Positions 10,147-19,000 of a stretch of 64,000 nucleotides of DNA are shown here, in pieces. Positions within the stretch are counted from its first letter, which is position 1. Each line of letters opens with the position of its first letter. Source of the stretch: an uncultured virus (IMG/VR IMGVR_UViG_3300042887_000846) (Duplodnaviria; Heunggongvirae; Uroviricota; Caudoviricetes). Made by a program: the position numbers and the translations under genes. The stretch is from the IMG/VR virus record IMGVR_UViG_3300042887_000846. One strand, 5' to 3'. The notes below the pieces were generated by a model, which was not told the DNA's origin, searched no databases, and worked only from the letters and a program-made list of their open reading frames with translations.

Positions 10147-11099
10147 TACCAGCCTTCTATCTTCCTGATGACATCCATCTCTTTCACAAGAGGACCTATA
10201 TTATGCTTGTCAGCATTATAGTGTCTTTTGAAAAATTTACTTTGTTCGGCATCAAGACGACAGATAGGTAAGTCGAGTTTGTCCTTCAATATATTTCCGA
10301 TTCGATCACCCTCAATGAGGGGTCTCATGTGTCTGAAGATTCCATCCCACATTCTGTGTAATGTATCAAACCACATGACTTGTTTATGATCCCAATCAGT
10401 GAGCAAAGTCATATGTGTCCCCAACCTTGCTCCGTAAATAGCCCAATCACCATTCTCAACATCCATGCCTACATTATGCCATATCGTGAGATTATTTAGA
10501 TTTCTCGTAGCCACACGGTTTTTGAAGTCATCTACAGTAGGTCTAGCACCGCGGTCAAGTACCATCTTGACCCCTTCACGAAAGCCTGCACGCCATGCTT
10601 GAAACGGAGTTTGATTAGGGTAAGTAGTGCTATAGCAATCATTCATAGCCCAATATAGACTATCTGCGCTATCCATGCAAAAATCAACTTGTGTCGCTGT
10701 GCTACCATCTGTATGTTCATGCGTCTTCATGTTAAAGACATAATCTTTTGTCCATGAACTCATGCCGCCATTTCCATAACGCAAGCCATTTATATTATTA
10801 ATAGCCTTCCAACGAAACTGTGCTTTTTTATATGACTCATCTAGCCCACGAAAATCTAATTGAAGATTGAAGAAATCTTCATTAGGCATATTATCCCCAT
10901 CGATGAGTATGAATCTTTCTGTATCGCTTGCTTCAGCGGCCGCTTTATGTGCGGCATCACTTCCCTTAACGCCGTCAACTCGTTTAGCGTAGGGAACCAT
11001 GTTCTTAATTTTTATCCAAAATTCTTCTTTTTGTGGCTCATCATAACTTAGATATATGCAATCTAAGTCAGCGACATCTATAAGATCATCGTAACTCAT
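10146..11099 (-). CDS. Putative glycosyltransferase (GT-A-like)
   Basis: LSYDEP, AHKAAA followed by FILIDGD (DxD after a beta strand), QAWRAGFREGVK. Confidence 0.55.
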   Translation of the reverse strand: MSYDDLIDVADLDCIYLSYDEPQKEEFWIKIKNMVPYAKRVDGVKGSDAAHKAAAEASDTERFILIDGDNMPNEDFFNLQLDFRGLDESYKKAQFRWKAINNINGLRYGNGGMSSWTKDYVFNMKTHEHTDGSTATQVDFCMDSADSLYWAMNDCYSTTYPNQTPFQAWRAGFREGVKMVLDRGARPTVDDFKNRVATRNLNNLTIWHNVGMDVENGDWAIYGARLGTHMTLLTDWDHKQVMWFDTLHRMWDGIFRHMRPLIEGDRIGNILKDKLDLPICRLDAEQSKFFKRHYNADKHNIGPLVKEMDVIRKIEGW

Positions 11100-11433
11100 A
11101 TGTTAGCAATTTCCATGTTTGAACATCTGTACTATCTTCATCTGCAATGATGCTTATATCCTCTATCAAACATTTTACACCATCAGATTCAGTTAGTTTT
11201 AATTTGCTGATGATAGATGACGGATTTACTGTTGATAATTTGCCATCTATTACTCTTACATCCTGCCTTGCGCAGGCAAAGGTAATGCTATCGATGACGA
11301 TGAACTTTCCTTCAGGCTTTTCGCAAGTATAGAATAATACTTTACCGGTTTCTTCATCATAGTAAAGACGAAACTCAGGTGCTTCTATTTTTGGAGCCTC
11401 AAAAACTAATACGTAATCTTGTGTTTCACTCAT
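11086..11433 (-). CDS. Hypothetical protein
   Basis: 115-aa ORF overlapping both neighbours in the operon. Confidence 0.7.
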   Translation of the reverse strand: MSETQDYVLVFEAPKIEAPEFRLYYDEETGKVLFYTCEKPEGKFIVIDSITFACARQDVRVIDGKLSTVNPSSIISKLKLTESDGVKCLIEDISIIADEDSTDVQTWKLLTYELR

Positions 11434-12223
11434 AGCAATTCTCTAGTTTATCAGCAAAAGTTTTCACATGATAGTGAAAAGGATATATCTGAGGCACTGT
11501 ATTGATGCGTAAAACTTCTGGTAACGCTTCGTATATCAATATCTGAGTCCAGTCTTCGCTTGGCAATCCGTTAACCCATTGCTTCATGTGTACCATGGAC
11601 AAATCTTTGTATCCAGGTAACGTTACTTTTTCTGGGCCCATGATGTGTGCGGCATAAGCATAAACCCAGTCTGTAGTAGCCGGCTCATTTGAGTTACACT
11701 TCAATGTTCCCCTTATTGCAGGCCAATTCTCAAAGATGAATCGAACTAACTTAAAAAAATGTTCAGCGGTTTCGCTTTTCTTAAAATAAGTTATAGCATT
11801 ATAAACATCAGGAAGTTTATTCTCATCGATGAATCTACGATAGAATCTTTCCTTGCTTATGTCTTGACGAAAATTTCTGATAGTTGAACACAATACTACA
11901 TCTCTATGCATCAAAGTATCCCACCAGTAATCTACAGATTTCGGCAAGAACATGTCTGCTTCTAACTTGATAGTGTATTCGTACGGGCTTGCTTCATATA
12001 CTTGCCAGTCATTGACTAGTTTCCAATTACCTATAGGATCCAAATCACCATATGGTAATGCTATTACTTGATCAAAATTCTTTGCGTCATCCACATCATC
12101 ACTTATCAATGAAATATTAGCATTGGGCATATGTTTTTTTATGCTTCCCGCTAATACTTCTGCGCACTTGACATAATTCACGAATTCAGTATTCTGTGCT
12201 AATATTACAAATCCTTTATCCAT
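11426..12223 (-). CDS. Nucleotide-diphospho-sugar transferase (GT-A, GT8-like)
   Basis: KGFVILA...YVKCAEVLAGSIK, SPYEYTIKLEAD (DxD variant), late HYH. Confidence 0.65.
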   Translation of the reverse strand: MDKGFVILAQNTEFVNYVKCAEVLAGSIKKHMPNANISLISDDVDDAKNFDQVIALPYGDLDPIGNWKLVNDWQVYEASPYEYTIKLEADMFLPKSVDYWWDTLMHRDVVLCSTIRNFRQDISKERFYRRFIDENKLPDVYNAITYFKKSETAEHFFKLVRFIFENWPAIRGTLKCNSNEPATTDWVYAYAAHIMGPEKVTLPGYKDLSMVHMKQWVNGLPSEDWTQILIYEALPEVLRINTVPQIYPFHYHVKTFADKLENCYE

Positions 12224-13025
12224 GATTGATCAACTCCACAAAATTATCTTTATTCATGACATGAAAATCCATATCTTTTACAGTGATGTATTCTTTTCTT
12301 ATTTTACCTCTTTGCCAATTATCAAAAAGTATAGTATACTCAGTATTGAATTCGTCATCACTGTTTGCATACACAGTGGTATTTTTGCCTATGTGAAATA
12401 GATTCCAGGGAATTATGTCTTGTTTAGGTAATGTGTGTCCGTTAACTAATCGCAGTGCTAACGTAAGTCCATAATCATTTCTAAAAGTGTTAGCAATGAA
12501 ATGATGAATATTAGAATAATGCGCAAAATTCTTTTGAACCATCTCTAATGACTCAAATATTTGTTTGACTCTTTGTGTCTTTTTGAATACTATTGCGGTA
12601 GCCCACAATGTATTAAAACTATACCCGCTTAATACTTCTTGAGGAGCCTTGGGATACATAGCAAAACTAGTTGTATCGTGGCAGAAAAAATCATCATATA
12701 ACTCAAAGCACGTTAATAATTTATTACTATTGACCATATAATCAACATCAAGCAATAATGTCTCATCATAGGGACTTAACTCATATGCTTGATATCTACC
12801 TTTATTGATCCATATTCCCCAATCTCTACGATTAGTACGATCAGGTTCGATGATTACCGTTTTATCAAATTCGTAATCTGTCTTGCTTGCCAATGATGAT
12901 TCATCAGTAACAATCGTTACTGGCATGTCTAAAAAATGATTAATACGTTTAGCAGTATGTTCTGCCATAGCGTAATAATCATATTTAGGACTATTGAATG
13001 CGAAAAGTATCGCACCACGTGTCAT
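12216..13025 (-). CDS. Nucleotide-diphospho-sugar transferase (GT-A, GT8-like)
   Basis: RGAILFA, SPYDETLLLDVD (DxD), FRND, DFHVMNK; paralog of 11426..12223. Confidence 0.7.
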   Translation of the reverse strand: MTRGAILFAFNSPKYDYYAMAEHTAKRINHFLDMPVTIVTDESSLASKTDYEFDKTVIIEPDRTNRRDWGIWINKGRYQAYELSPYDETLLLDVDYMVNSNKLLTCFELYDDFFCHDTTSFAMYPKAPQEVLSGYSFNTLWATAIVFKKTQRVKQIFESLEMVQKNFAHYSNIHHFIANTFRNDYGLTLALRLVNGHTLPKQDIIPWNLFHIGKNTTVYANSDDEFNTEYTILFDNWQRGKIRKEYITVKDMDFHVMNKDNFVELINHG

Positions 13026-13327
13026 CGTTTACCCTCTAATTCCTTTAACTCAGCGACCCATGCTGACATAGTTTCGTTATAGATAGCAGTCAACTTTCTT
13101 AATAATTCTTTTCTATCTACTTCTACTGGATTTTCGAAGGTGTCCATAATGACAACTCTTTCCGAATCGAATGCATTTAATACGCTGATAGTTTCTTTAT
13201 CAGCCTTCCATAATCCACCTTGATCGGCAAAGGTTAATTTTGAATTGTATTTCTCTTTTAGATAATGCTTTGCTGAATTGTGACTGAAACGGGCTTTGGC
13301 GTCAGCCAAAAGTGTATTGATATCCAT
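13022..13327 (-). CDS. Hypothetical protein, first gene of the enzyme operon
   Basis: 101-aa ORF with GAGGAG SD; late-promoter-like CTAAATA upstream. Confidence 0.75.
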   Translation of the reverse strand: MDINTLLADAKARFSHNSAKHYLKEKYNSKLTFADQGGLWKADKETISVLNAFDSERVVIMDTFENPVEVDRKELLRKLTAIYNETMSAWVAELKELEGKR

Positions 13328-13348
13328 GCTTAATATACTCCTCGCGAG

Positions 13349-13355
13349 TATTTAG
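13349..13355 (-). promoter_or_regulatory. Putative late promoter (CTAAATA)
   Basis: Matches the TAAATA core recurring upstream of structural genes. Confidence 0.5.
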
Positions 13356-13381
13356 ATGGATATTATAGGGTACTTAAAAAA

Positions 13382-14314
13382 TTATGAGCCGGCTACTGAA
13401 CTAGCAAGTGAAATTGTACCCCAAGTATTGGATAGATTTGTCGTTTCAGGTGCTTGTGCAGTCAACGTGACCGCAGTACCTAAAGCCGCAGTGTATCCAT
13501 CAGGGACTTCATCCCATACTGTGTACAACGTAACAACTGGTGATGTGTATGCTCCGATCACTCTTATATATGAAGAGAGATAAGCCGCAGGACCAGTAGA
13601 TGCTACTTTATTAAAGAGTTGAGTATTAGCACCAGTCAATGCATAGAAGCCAGAATTTGTAGCAATAGTCTGTGCGCCACTTCCACCTGCGTTACCGCCT
13701 ACTTGAGTAACACCGTTATATGTCACGCTGGCTACTGTGATAGAACCACTGACAGGTGAACTTAATACTATTGTACCTACATTACTTGCTAGATTATTGA
13801 ATAGCAAGTCAATTCCAGTTGAACCTGGATGTGAGCAAGTGATTTTTAATGAACCACCCGCATTAAAGAAATAACGTGCGGCATCTGCGTTAGCAAATGT
13901 TGCAGTATGTGTGAATGTCAATCCTGTTGACCATGTTGTTGCGCGAGTTGCTGTGCTAGCAGTAGTGCTGCCTACTGTCTGGGCATTTAGTCTTGCGTTA
14001 TAAACTGTTGTTAAGTTAGTAGGAATAGCAGAAACGTATTGTATCAAACCGCCGGCTACTGGTGCGCTTACGCTAGTGATCGATGTGCCTTGGTGAGTCG
14101 CTATATTGGACGTCTTATTAACTAGGTTAGCCCATTTTGCGGCACTTACTATGTCACCAATGGCAACGTTTGCTTCAGCAGTCTGACCATAACCTGCGTT
14201 ACCGGTGCCTCCTGCCCAAGTAACATTTAATGTGCTTGCTGTGGTTGATGTCGGACCACCTGTAAGGTTATTATAATCCGATGCTTCAATCAAGTTATAT
14301 TGTGCGTATGACAT
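13382..14314 (-). CDS. Thr/Ser/Ala/Gly-rich virion structural (fibre/baseplate-associated) protein
   Basis: Few charged residues, beta-rich pattern, located in the tail module, late promoter upstream. Confidence 0.6.
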   Translation of the reverse strand: MSYAQYNLIEASDYNNLTGGPTSTTASTLNVTWAGGTGNAGYGQTAEANVAIGDIVSAAKWANLVNKTSNIATHQGTSITSVSAPVAGGLIQYVSAIPTNLTTVYNARLNAQTVGSTTASTATRATTWSTGLTFTHTATFANADAARYFFNAGGSLKITCSHPGSTGIDLLFNNLASNVGTIVLSSPVSGSITVASVTYNGVTQVGGNAGGSGAQTIATNSGFYALTGANTQLFNKVASTGPAAYLSSYIRVIGAYTSPVVTLYTVWDEVPDGYTAALGTAVTLTAQAPETTNLSNTWGTISLASSVAGS

Positions 14315-14343
14315 GTTTTAAAATTCCTACCAATTTATAATCT

Positions 14344-14351
14344 TATTTATC
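14344..14351 (-). promoter_or_regulatory. Putative late promoter (GATAAATA)
   Basis: T4 late consensus TATAAATA variant upstream of 14314. Confidence 0.6.
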
Positions 14352-15276
14352 TTATGATGACGATGGCTTCGACCGTGCCCTCGTCTTCAGTAACCTTGTC
14401 CTGCAAACTACGACCTATAGTATTGAAAGCATTGGCCTCACCGTCAATAGCAGCCCTAGCAAAACCCTGGCCTGCACTGACTAATCGTTGTCCTTTGACC
14501 ACTTTTCCTGTGACTTTAACTTTTACCCTTCCTGACACAGCAACCGGAGGATGTGTTTCATCGCTTCCTGCACCGCTGTTCATCAAGTATGCTGCCGTAT
14601 CAGAAATCACTCCGAATACGTCTTCTGATAGTTCATATCGAACTGCTCTAATCTCTTTCTTACCGCCCAGTTCTACTACTGTGCCCGGCTCTAAAGCAGT
14701 CTCAGATTCGAAACGTTCTGCCAAGTCAGCATATGTCGCTTGCAATCTTGATGCTCCGACTAGTTGCCATATACCTGTGATAGAACCGTTAATTCCTACA
14801 CCACCTGTAGTGATGCTAGTTGTGCGTAATGCAGTTATGTTACCTGTAGCAATATTAGCATTGCCTGATACAGAGATATTGATAGTGTCTATAGAAGCGG
14901 CAGTAAGATTGTTAGTGAATGTAGCGTTATTGGCTGCTAGATTACCTGTTACTGTGACGCTACCAAAAGTTGTTGTTCCGGTGCTACTTGTTGATGCTAA
15001 TATCAACCACTCACTCGCTACTGCTTCGCCGTCAGACGGGCATACACGCAATGTGTTATCATTGGTATTGAACCATAACTGACCGCGTAATGGATTAGCG
15101 GGTGGGGTGCTGTCTGCAAAATTCTCTAATACATGGACGAAATTAGTGTCTAAAGACTGTCCATATCCAGCGTAGTTTCTACCAGGTAGACCTAGTGATG
15201 TAGAATCCGTATTGATAGTGCCATCGGCGATGGTCGTCAATACAGTTCCGTCGCTTTTAACAATCGTATATGCCAT
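14347..15276 (-). CDS. Tail fibre-like protein with C-terminal intramolecular chaperone/autocleavage (peptidase G2-like) domain
   Basis: N-terminal LENFA...P..GQLWFN fibre-type module, beta-repeat middle, then YADLAERF...EPGTVV...GVIS...PVAVSGRVKVKV. Confidence 0.65.
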   Translation of the reverse strand: MAYTIVKSDGTVLTTIADGTINTDSTSLGLPGRNYAGYGQSLDTNFVHVLENFADSTPPANPLRGQLWFNTNDNTLRVCPSDGEAVASEWLILASTSSTGTTTFGSVTVTGNLAANNATFTNNLTAASIDTINISVSGNANIATGNITALRTTSITTGGVGINGSITGIWQLVGASRLQATYADLAERFESETALEPGTVVELGGKKEIRAVRYELSEDVFGVISDTAAYLMNSGAGSDETHPPVAVSGRVKVKVTGKVVKGQRLVSAGQGFARAAIDGEANAFNTIGRSLQDKVTEDEGTVEAIVIIR

Positions 15277-15297
15277 AGTAAAATAACTCCGCTATCT

Positions 15298-15305
15298 TAT
15301 TTATC
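15298..15305 (-). promoter_or_regulatory. Putative late promoter (GATAAATA)
   Basis: Consensus match upstream of 15276. Confidence 0.6.
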
Positions 15306-15307
15306 TC

Positions 15308-15922
15308 TTATATAGTGATCTGGTTTGTGAGACTTTGTATTCTCACAGTATAATCTATCTGAATTTGACGGTTTAGTGATTTTTGAACCGGGTGAAAGAT
15401 AACATGGGTCAAAAGTCTAGTTATGACTTCACCGTTGTTATCAGTGCCGTAATTCGCTAATAGTCCTAATTCGTCAAATATAAAACTAGAATCCGTTTGT
15501 GTGCTATTATCAAAAGCACCTTGTCCTGCAGGCTCACCGTAATCCAACAAGCATTGAACTAAAATATCAGTATATAATCTACCTGAAGTATGATTCACTG
15601 TCATCTTATTTCTTGTGGGATCTAAGTTGAAAACACTGGTATCGTCAACAATCTTTGCGTAGGTTTCGTTATAAAGAGCAGCATTTTGCCCCGTTGTATT
15701 CGGGGGAAGGTATGTGATAATACCTGTTTCATCTACGCTAGCACCTCCGTTACCGAAGGCCATCTGATAAATCTCACCGTAACCACGATTGCTTAATGTG
15801 TCAGCAAGTGCTTCACTCATATTCTCGTAGTTGATGGCGTTCTTTTTATCTACGAAAACTTCCATTGAATTTGGATCGTAGATTTTCAAGAAACCCTCAA
15901 TTTTGTAACTTAATGTGATCAT
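15308..15922 (-). CDS. Baseplate/tail-fibre attachment structural protein
   Basis: Tail module context; FDELGL...LLTHVIFHPVQKS...IDYTVRI resembles fibre/baseplate N-terminal modules. Confidence 0.55.
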   Translation of the reverse strand: MITLSYKIEGFLKIYDPNSMEVFVDKKNAINYENMSEALADTLSNRGYGEIYQMAFGNGGASVDETGIITYLPPNTTGQNAALYNETYAKIVDDTSVFNLDPTRNKMTVNHTSGRLYTDILVQCLLDYGEPAGQGAFDNSTQTDSSFIFDELGLLANYGTDNNGEVITRLLTHVIFHPVQKSLNRQIQIDYTVRIQSLTNQITI

Positions 15923-16060
15923 TTAATCGTCAGCCCTCTTCTGCACAAAAATCTCTTTCGTGTTAGGGTCAAAAATCTTAACATGTGACGACAGATAAAC
16001 CCCGCTATTTTCGTTGGGTTTTTTGGAATTTACTTCCTCTTTTTTCTCGTCTGGTTTCAA
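15923..16060 (-). CDS. Small 45-aa ORF (not in track)
   Basis: TTG start at 16060 with AGGA SD (alternative ATG at 16087): MKPDEKKEEVNSKKPNENSGVYLSSHVKIFDPNTKEIFVQKRADD. The stop abuts the next ATG. Confidence 0.65.
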   Translation of the reverse strand: MKPDEKKEEVNSKKPNENSGVYLSSHVKIFDPNTKEIFVQKRADD

Positions 16061-16077
16061 ATTTTGTCCTATAGATT

Positions 16078-16085
16078 TATTTATC
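16078..16085 (-). promoter_or_regulatory. Putative late promoter (GATAAATA)
   Basis: Consensus match just after the giant-gene stop. Confidence 0.5.
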
Positions 16086-16087
16086 AT

Positions 16088-19000
16088 TTACGTTATATCC
16101 GTTCTTAAGAATCTTGCTTGTGAACTATCTGCTATCTGTAACGGATCGCCCTCAGTCGCATTATAAATTCCGGGAATTTTATTCCAAGTTATATCATAAT
16201 TTATCTGAGTCATACGGTTCTGTTCTAAAAGACCATATACTGTGCTATATACAGGACTATAGACATTGACCATAGAACCGGCTGCGCCCCTTTGAACTTC
16301 GATCAAGTTTGCTGCCTGATCCACGCTAAGGATAGTCATGTATTCGCCGTTGATATATATCATCTTACCTTCTAATGTAGTGATAGTCAATATATCACCA
16401 GTCTGTATCCAAGTACCGGGCTGTATTTCTACCACTGCCCCTACTCCGGAAACATTGATGCTCAAATAATCTTGATCGATATATCCCAATCTTGCAGGAT
16501 TATTATTATACACTCTGACTTCTGCGATATCAATTCTATTTGCTAACAATACGATATTGTAAGTACCTGAAGATACTGTAGGTGTAGTATTAGTTTGAGT
16601 AACAACATTAGTTACTCTGCTTACATCTCCCACTTTAATCGTAGTAGTGAACTCTCCTACTGATTCTTCTAACCAAGTAGTAGTATCAGAGTTTGCTCTG
16701 TATACTTGACCTTCACCGTTAGCATTTACCATCTGTAGATAAGTGTTAGTATCAGGAGTTGCTGAAGGCATCATGCTTGTGATTATTACTGCATCGCCTG
16801 GTAATACTTGTGATATGATGCTAACTTCATTAGCGTCATTCAATCTTAGATTACTTGATGCGAGGCGGCGACCGTTTACTGTTACCCACAATCTGTCTAC
16901 ATTATCTTGTTCCCACTGAGTCACTACGATATCAAGTCCAGACATATTTGACAATGAAAGTTCGCTACCATTTCTAGTAGTTGATATGCTGAATTTATTT
17001 GTAAATTCGTTTACTTCCTTGATATAGTATTTTTGACCATATATGAGTTGCGGCAATGTTAGATTGTCGCCGGGTTGTTTACCTTCTTCTGTGAAGTACA
17101 CTGGAGTACCGGATACTAGACCTCTTACGCTAGCAACAACTAGTTCGTTACTGACGGCTTGAGTTGTTCTCTTGTTTTCTAATATCCAACTATATGCCTT
17201 CCATATAAAACCGCCGCCTAGATATGCATCTACTATGTTTACAGGACCGCTTGCGCTCAATGGTATGCCTTCTATGTAGTCAAAGATTTTAACTGTATAG
17301 TTGTCAACTTTTTCTACAATGAATACAGGGTGATCATTCAACTGCTGTGCACCATTACATCCATCTATCCTAACGATATCATTAGTTTGTAAGTTATGCG
17401 GTATGGTTGTAGTGATACGTACAGTTGGTTCTGCTAACGTGATATTATTATTCACTAGACTGATAGGTGTGACTTGCTTATCTGAAGTATCATATTGAGT
17501 AGTGAACAGATATTGTCTTTCTGTGTCATTGTAAGTAGTCACTCCGATGTATGAGTTTACGCTAGGTGTCAGAGTAGCAAATGAGATATTGTGATTACCA
17601 ATGTCGAACGAATACTCATCTGGATCAATTCTTAATCCATCTATCTCAACGATAGCATTTTCTACGTTGTCACCACCCAAATAGTTGTCGTTTAATTCAT
17701 AAGGACCAGTAACACCCTGACCTTTGACTATTTGTGTCTGCGGTATAGTGAAACCATACTGTATCGGCTCTGAAGGACCAAAGAATGAGTATGATAGATA
17801 ATCTGTCACTTTACTATAATTCTTAGCAAATATCACTTTAGCATTGATCTGGTTGTTTGCGATACCTACTGCAAAATCATTAGTCACGAATATTGCAGAA
17901 CCGCTAGCGGTAGTTAGATATATAGGATCTCCCGCTGCATCTTTGATAGTGAATTGTGTAGCATTGATTATCCCACGAACATAATATGTTGTGTTAGGTG
18001 TTATGCCACCAAATATAGTATCGCTAAACACGATAGGCTGATCTACTAGTAAACCTTGTGTAGAGTAAGTTGTGATATAATGTGTCGATGCTTGAGTTGA
18101 CAATACATAATTTGTCAAACCTGAGTTGAGCAATACACCATTATGGAATACTGCTGGTTTAGCATATAGTTCACCTGAAGTATTTGGTAACACGATGCCG
18201 CCGCTACTATATCCAACGTTGTTATAGTTGCAGTCTAATGCGATCTCGCTGAATCCAGTAGTTAAGTTAAGTTCGATAGGATCATCATATGTGCTTGACT
18301 TGACCAACTGATCGCCATTACCTACTTCGTATACATCGATACGTAATGTATCACCTGTTGCGAAAACATAATTTCCTAATGAGACTGTCTTATTGACCCA
18401 GTCTACAGTATATGTCAAGTTAGGTGAGTTCAAGCCAGAATACAATGTTCTGCTAGTACCGTTGTTAACTAAGAACACATTGATGTATGCGGGGTCTTGA
18501 ACGATACCGTTAAAACTATATTTGTTTGTAACAGTGTCTATAGTATACTCAGTAGATACAACATTGTAACCCACGTGCGCATACTCAGTTGCTGGCCAAG
18601 TTGTTCCTGCTCTTGTATTAACAATCATAGTTAATTGATCAGATACGATGCCGGGCACCATTTCTTCTGGACCGTAGCCGCTTAAGAATGGATCACCTTG
18701 CACAGTATAGTCAGGATCAGGGCTTGAGAACACCTGAGTGATATCCCATGTAACCGGGTTGGCTGCGATATTTTGAGTTTGTAATATCGTATTATTATTT
18801 CCAACAATAGTCCATTGATCTCTTTCTTCAACATACATCACATCGTTTAGATTTTGTGGTGTGCCTGTAAATTTCTGTGTGAAGTTCACGCCGTCTGTAG
18901 ATACATATACACGGCCACCATTGCCGACTATAACCAATGTATTATCTGCGAACGTGACCGCATTGAAGTCGCTAGGTGAACCTGGCAATGATACTTGCTG

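Noticed and set aside
11086..13327. Small ORFs as RiPP precursors for the radical SAM enzymes
   Set aside because: No leader/core pattern, Cys/Trp-rich core or RRE partner was recognised. Not excluded, but unsupported.
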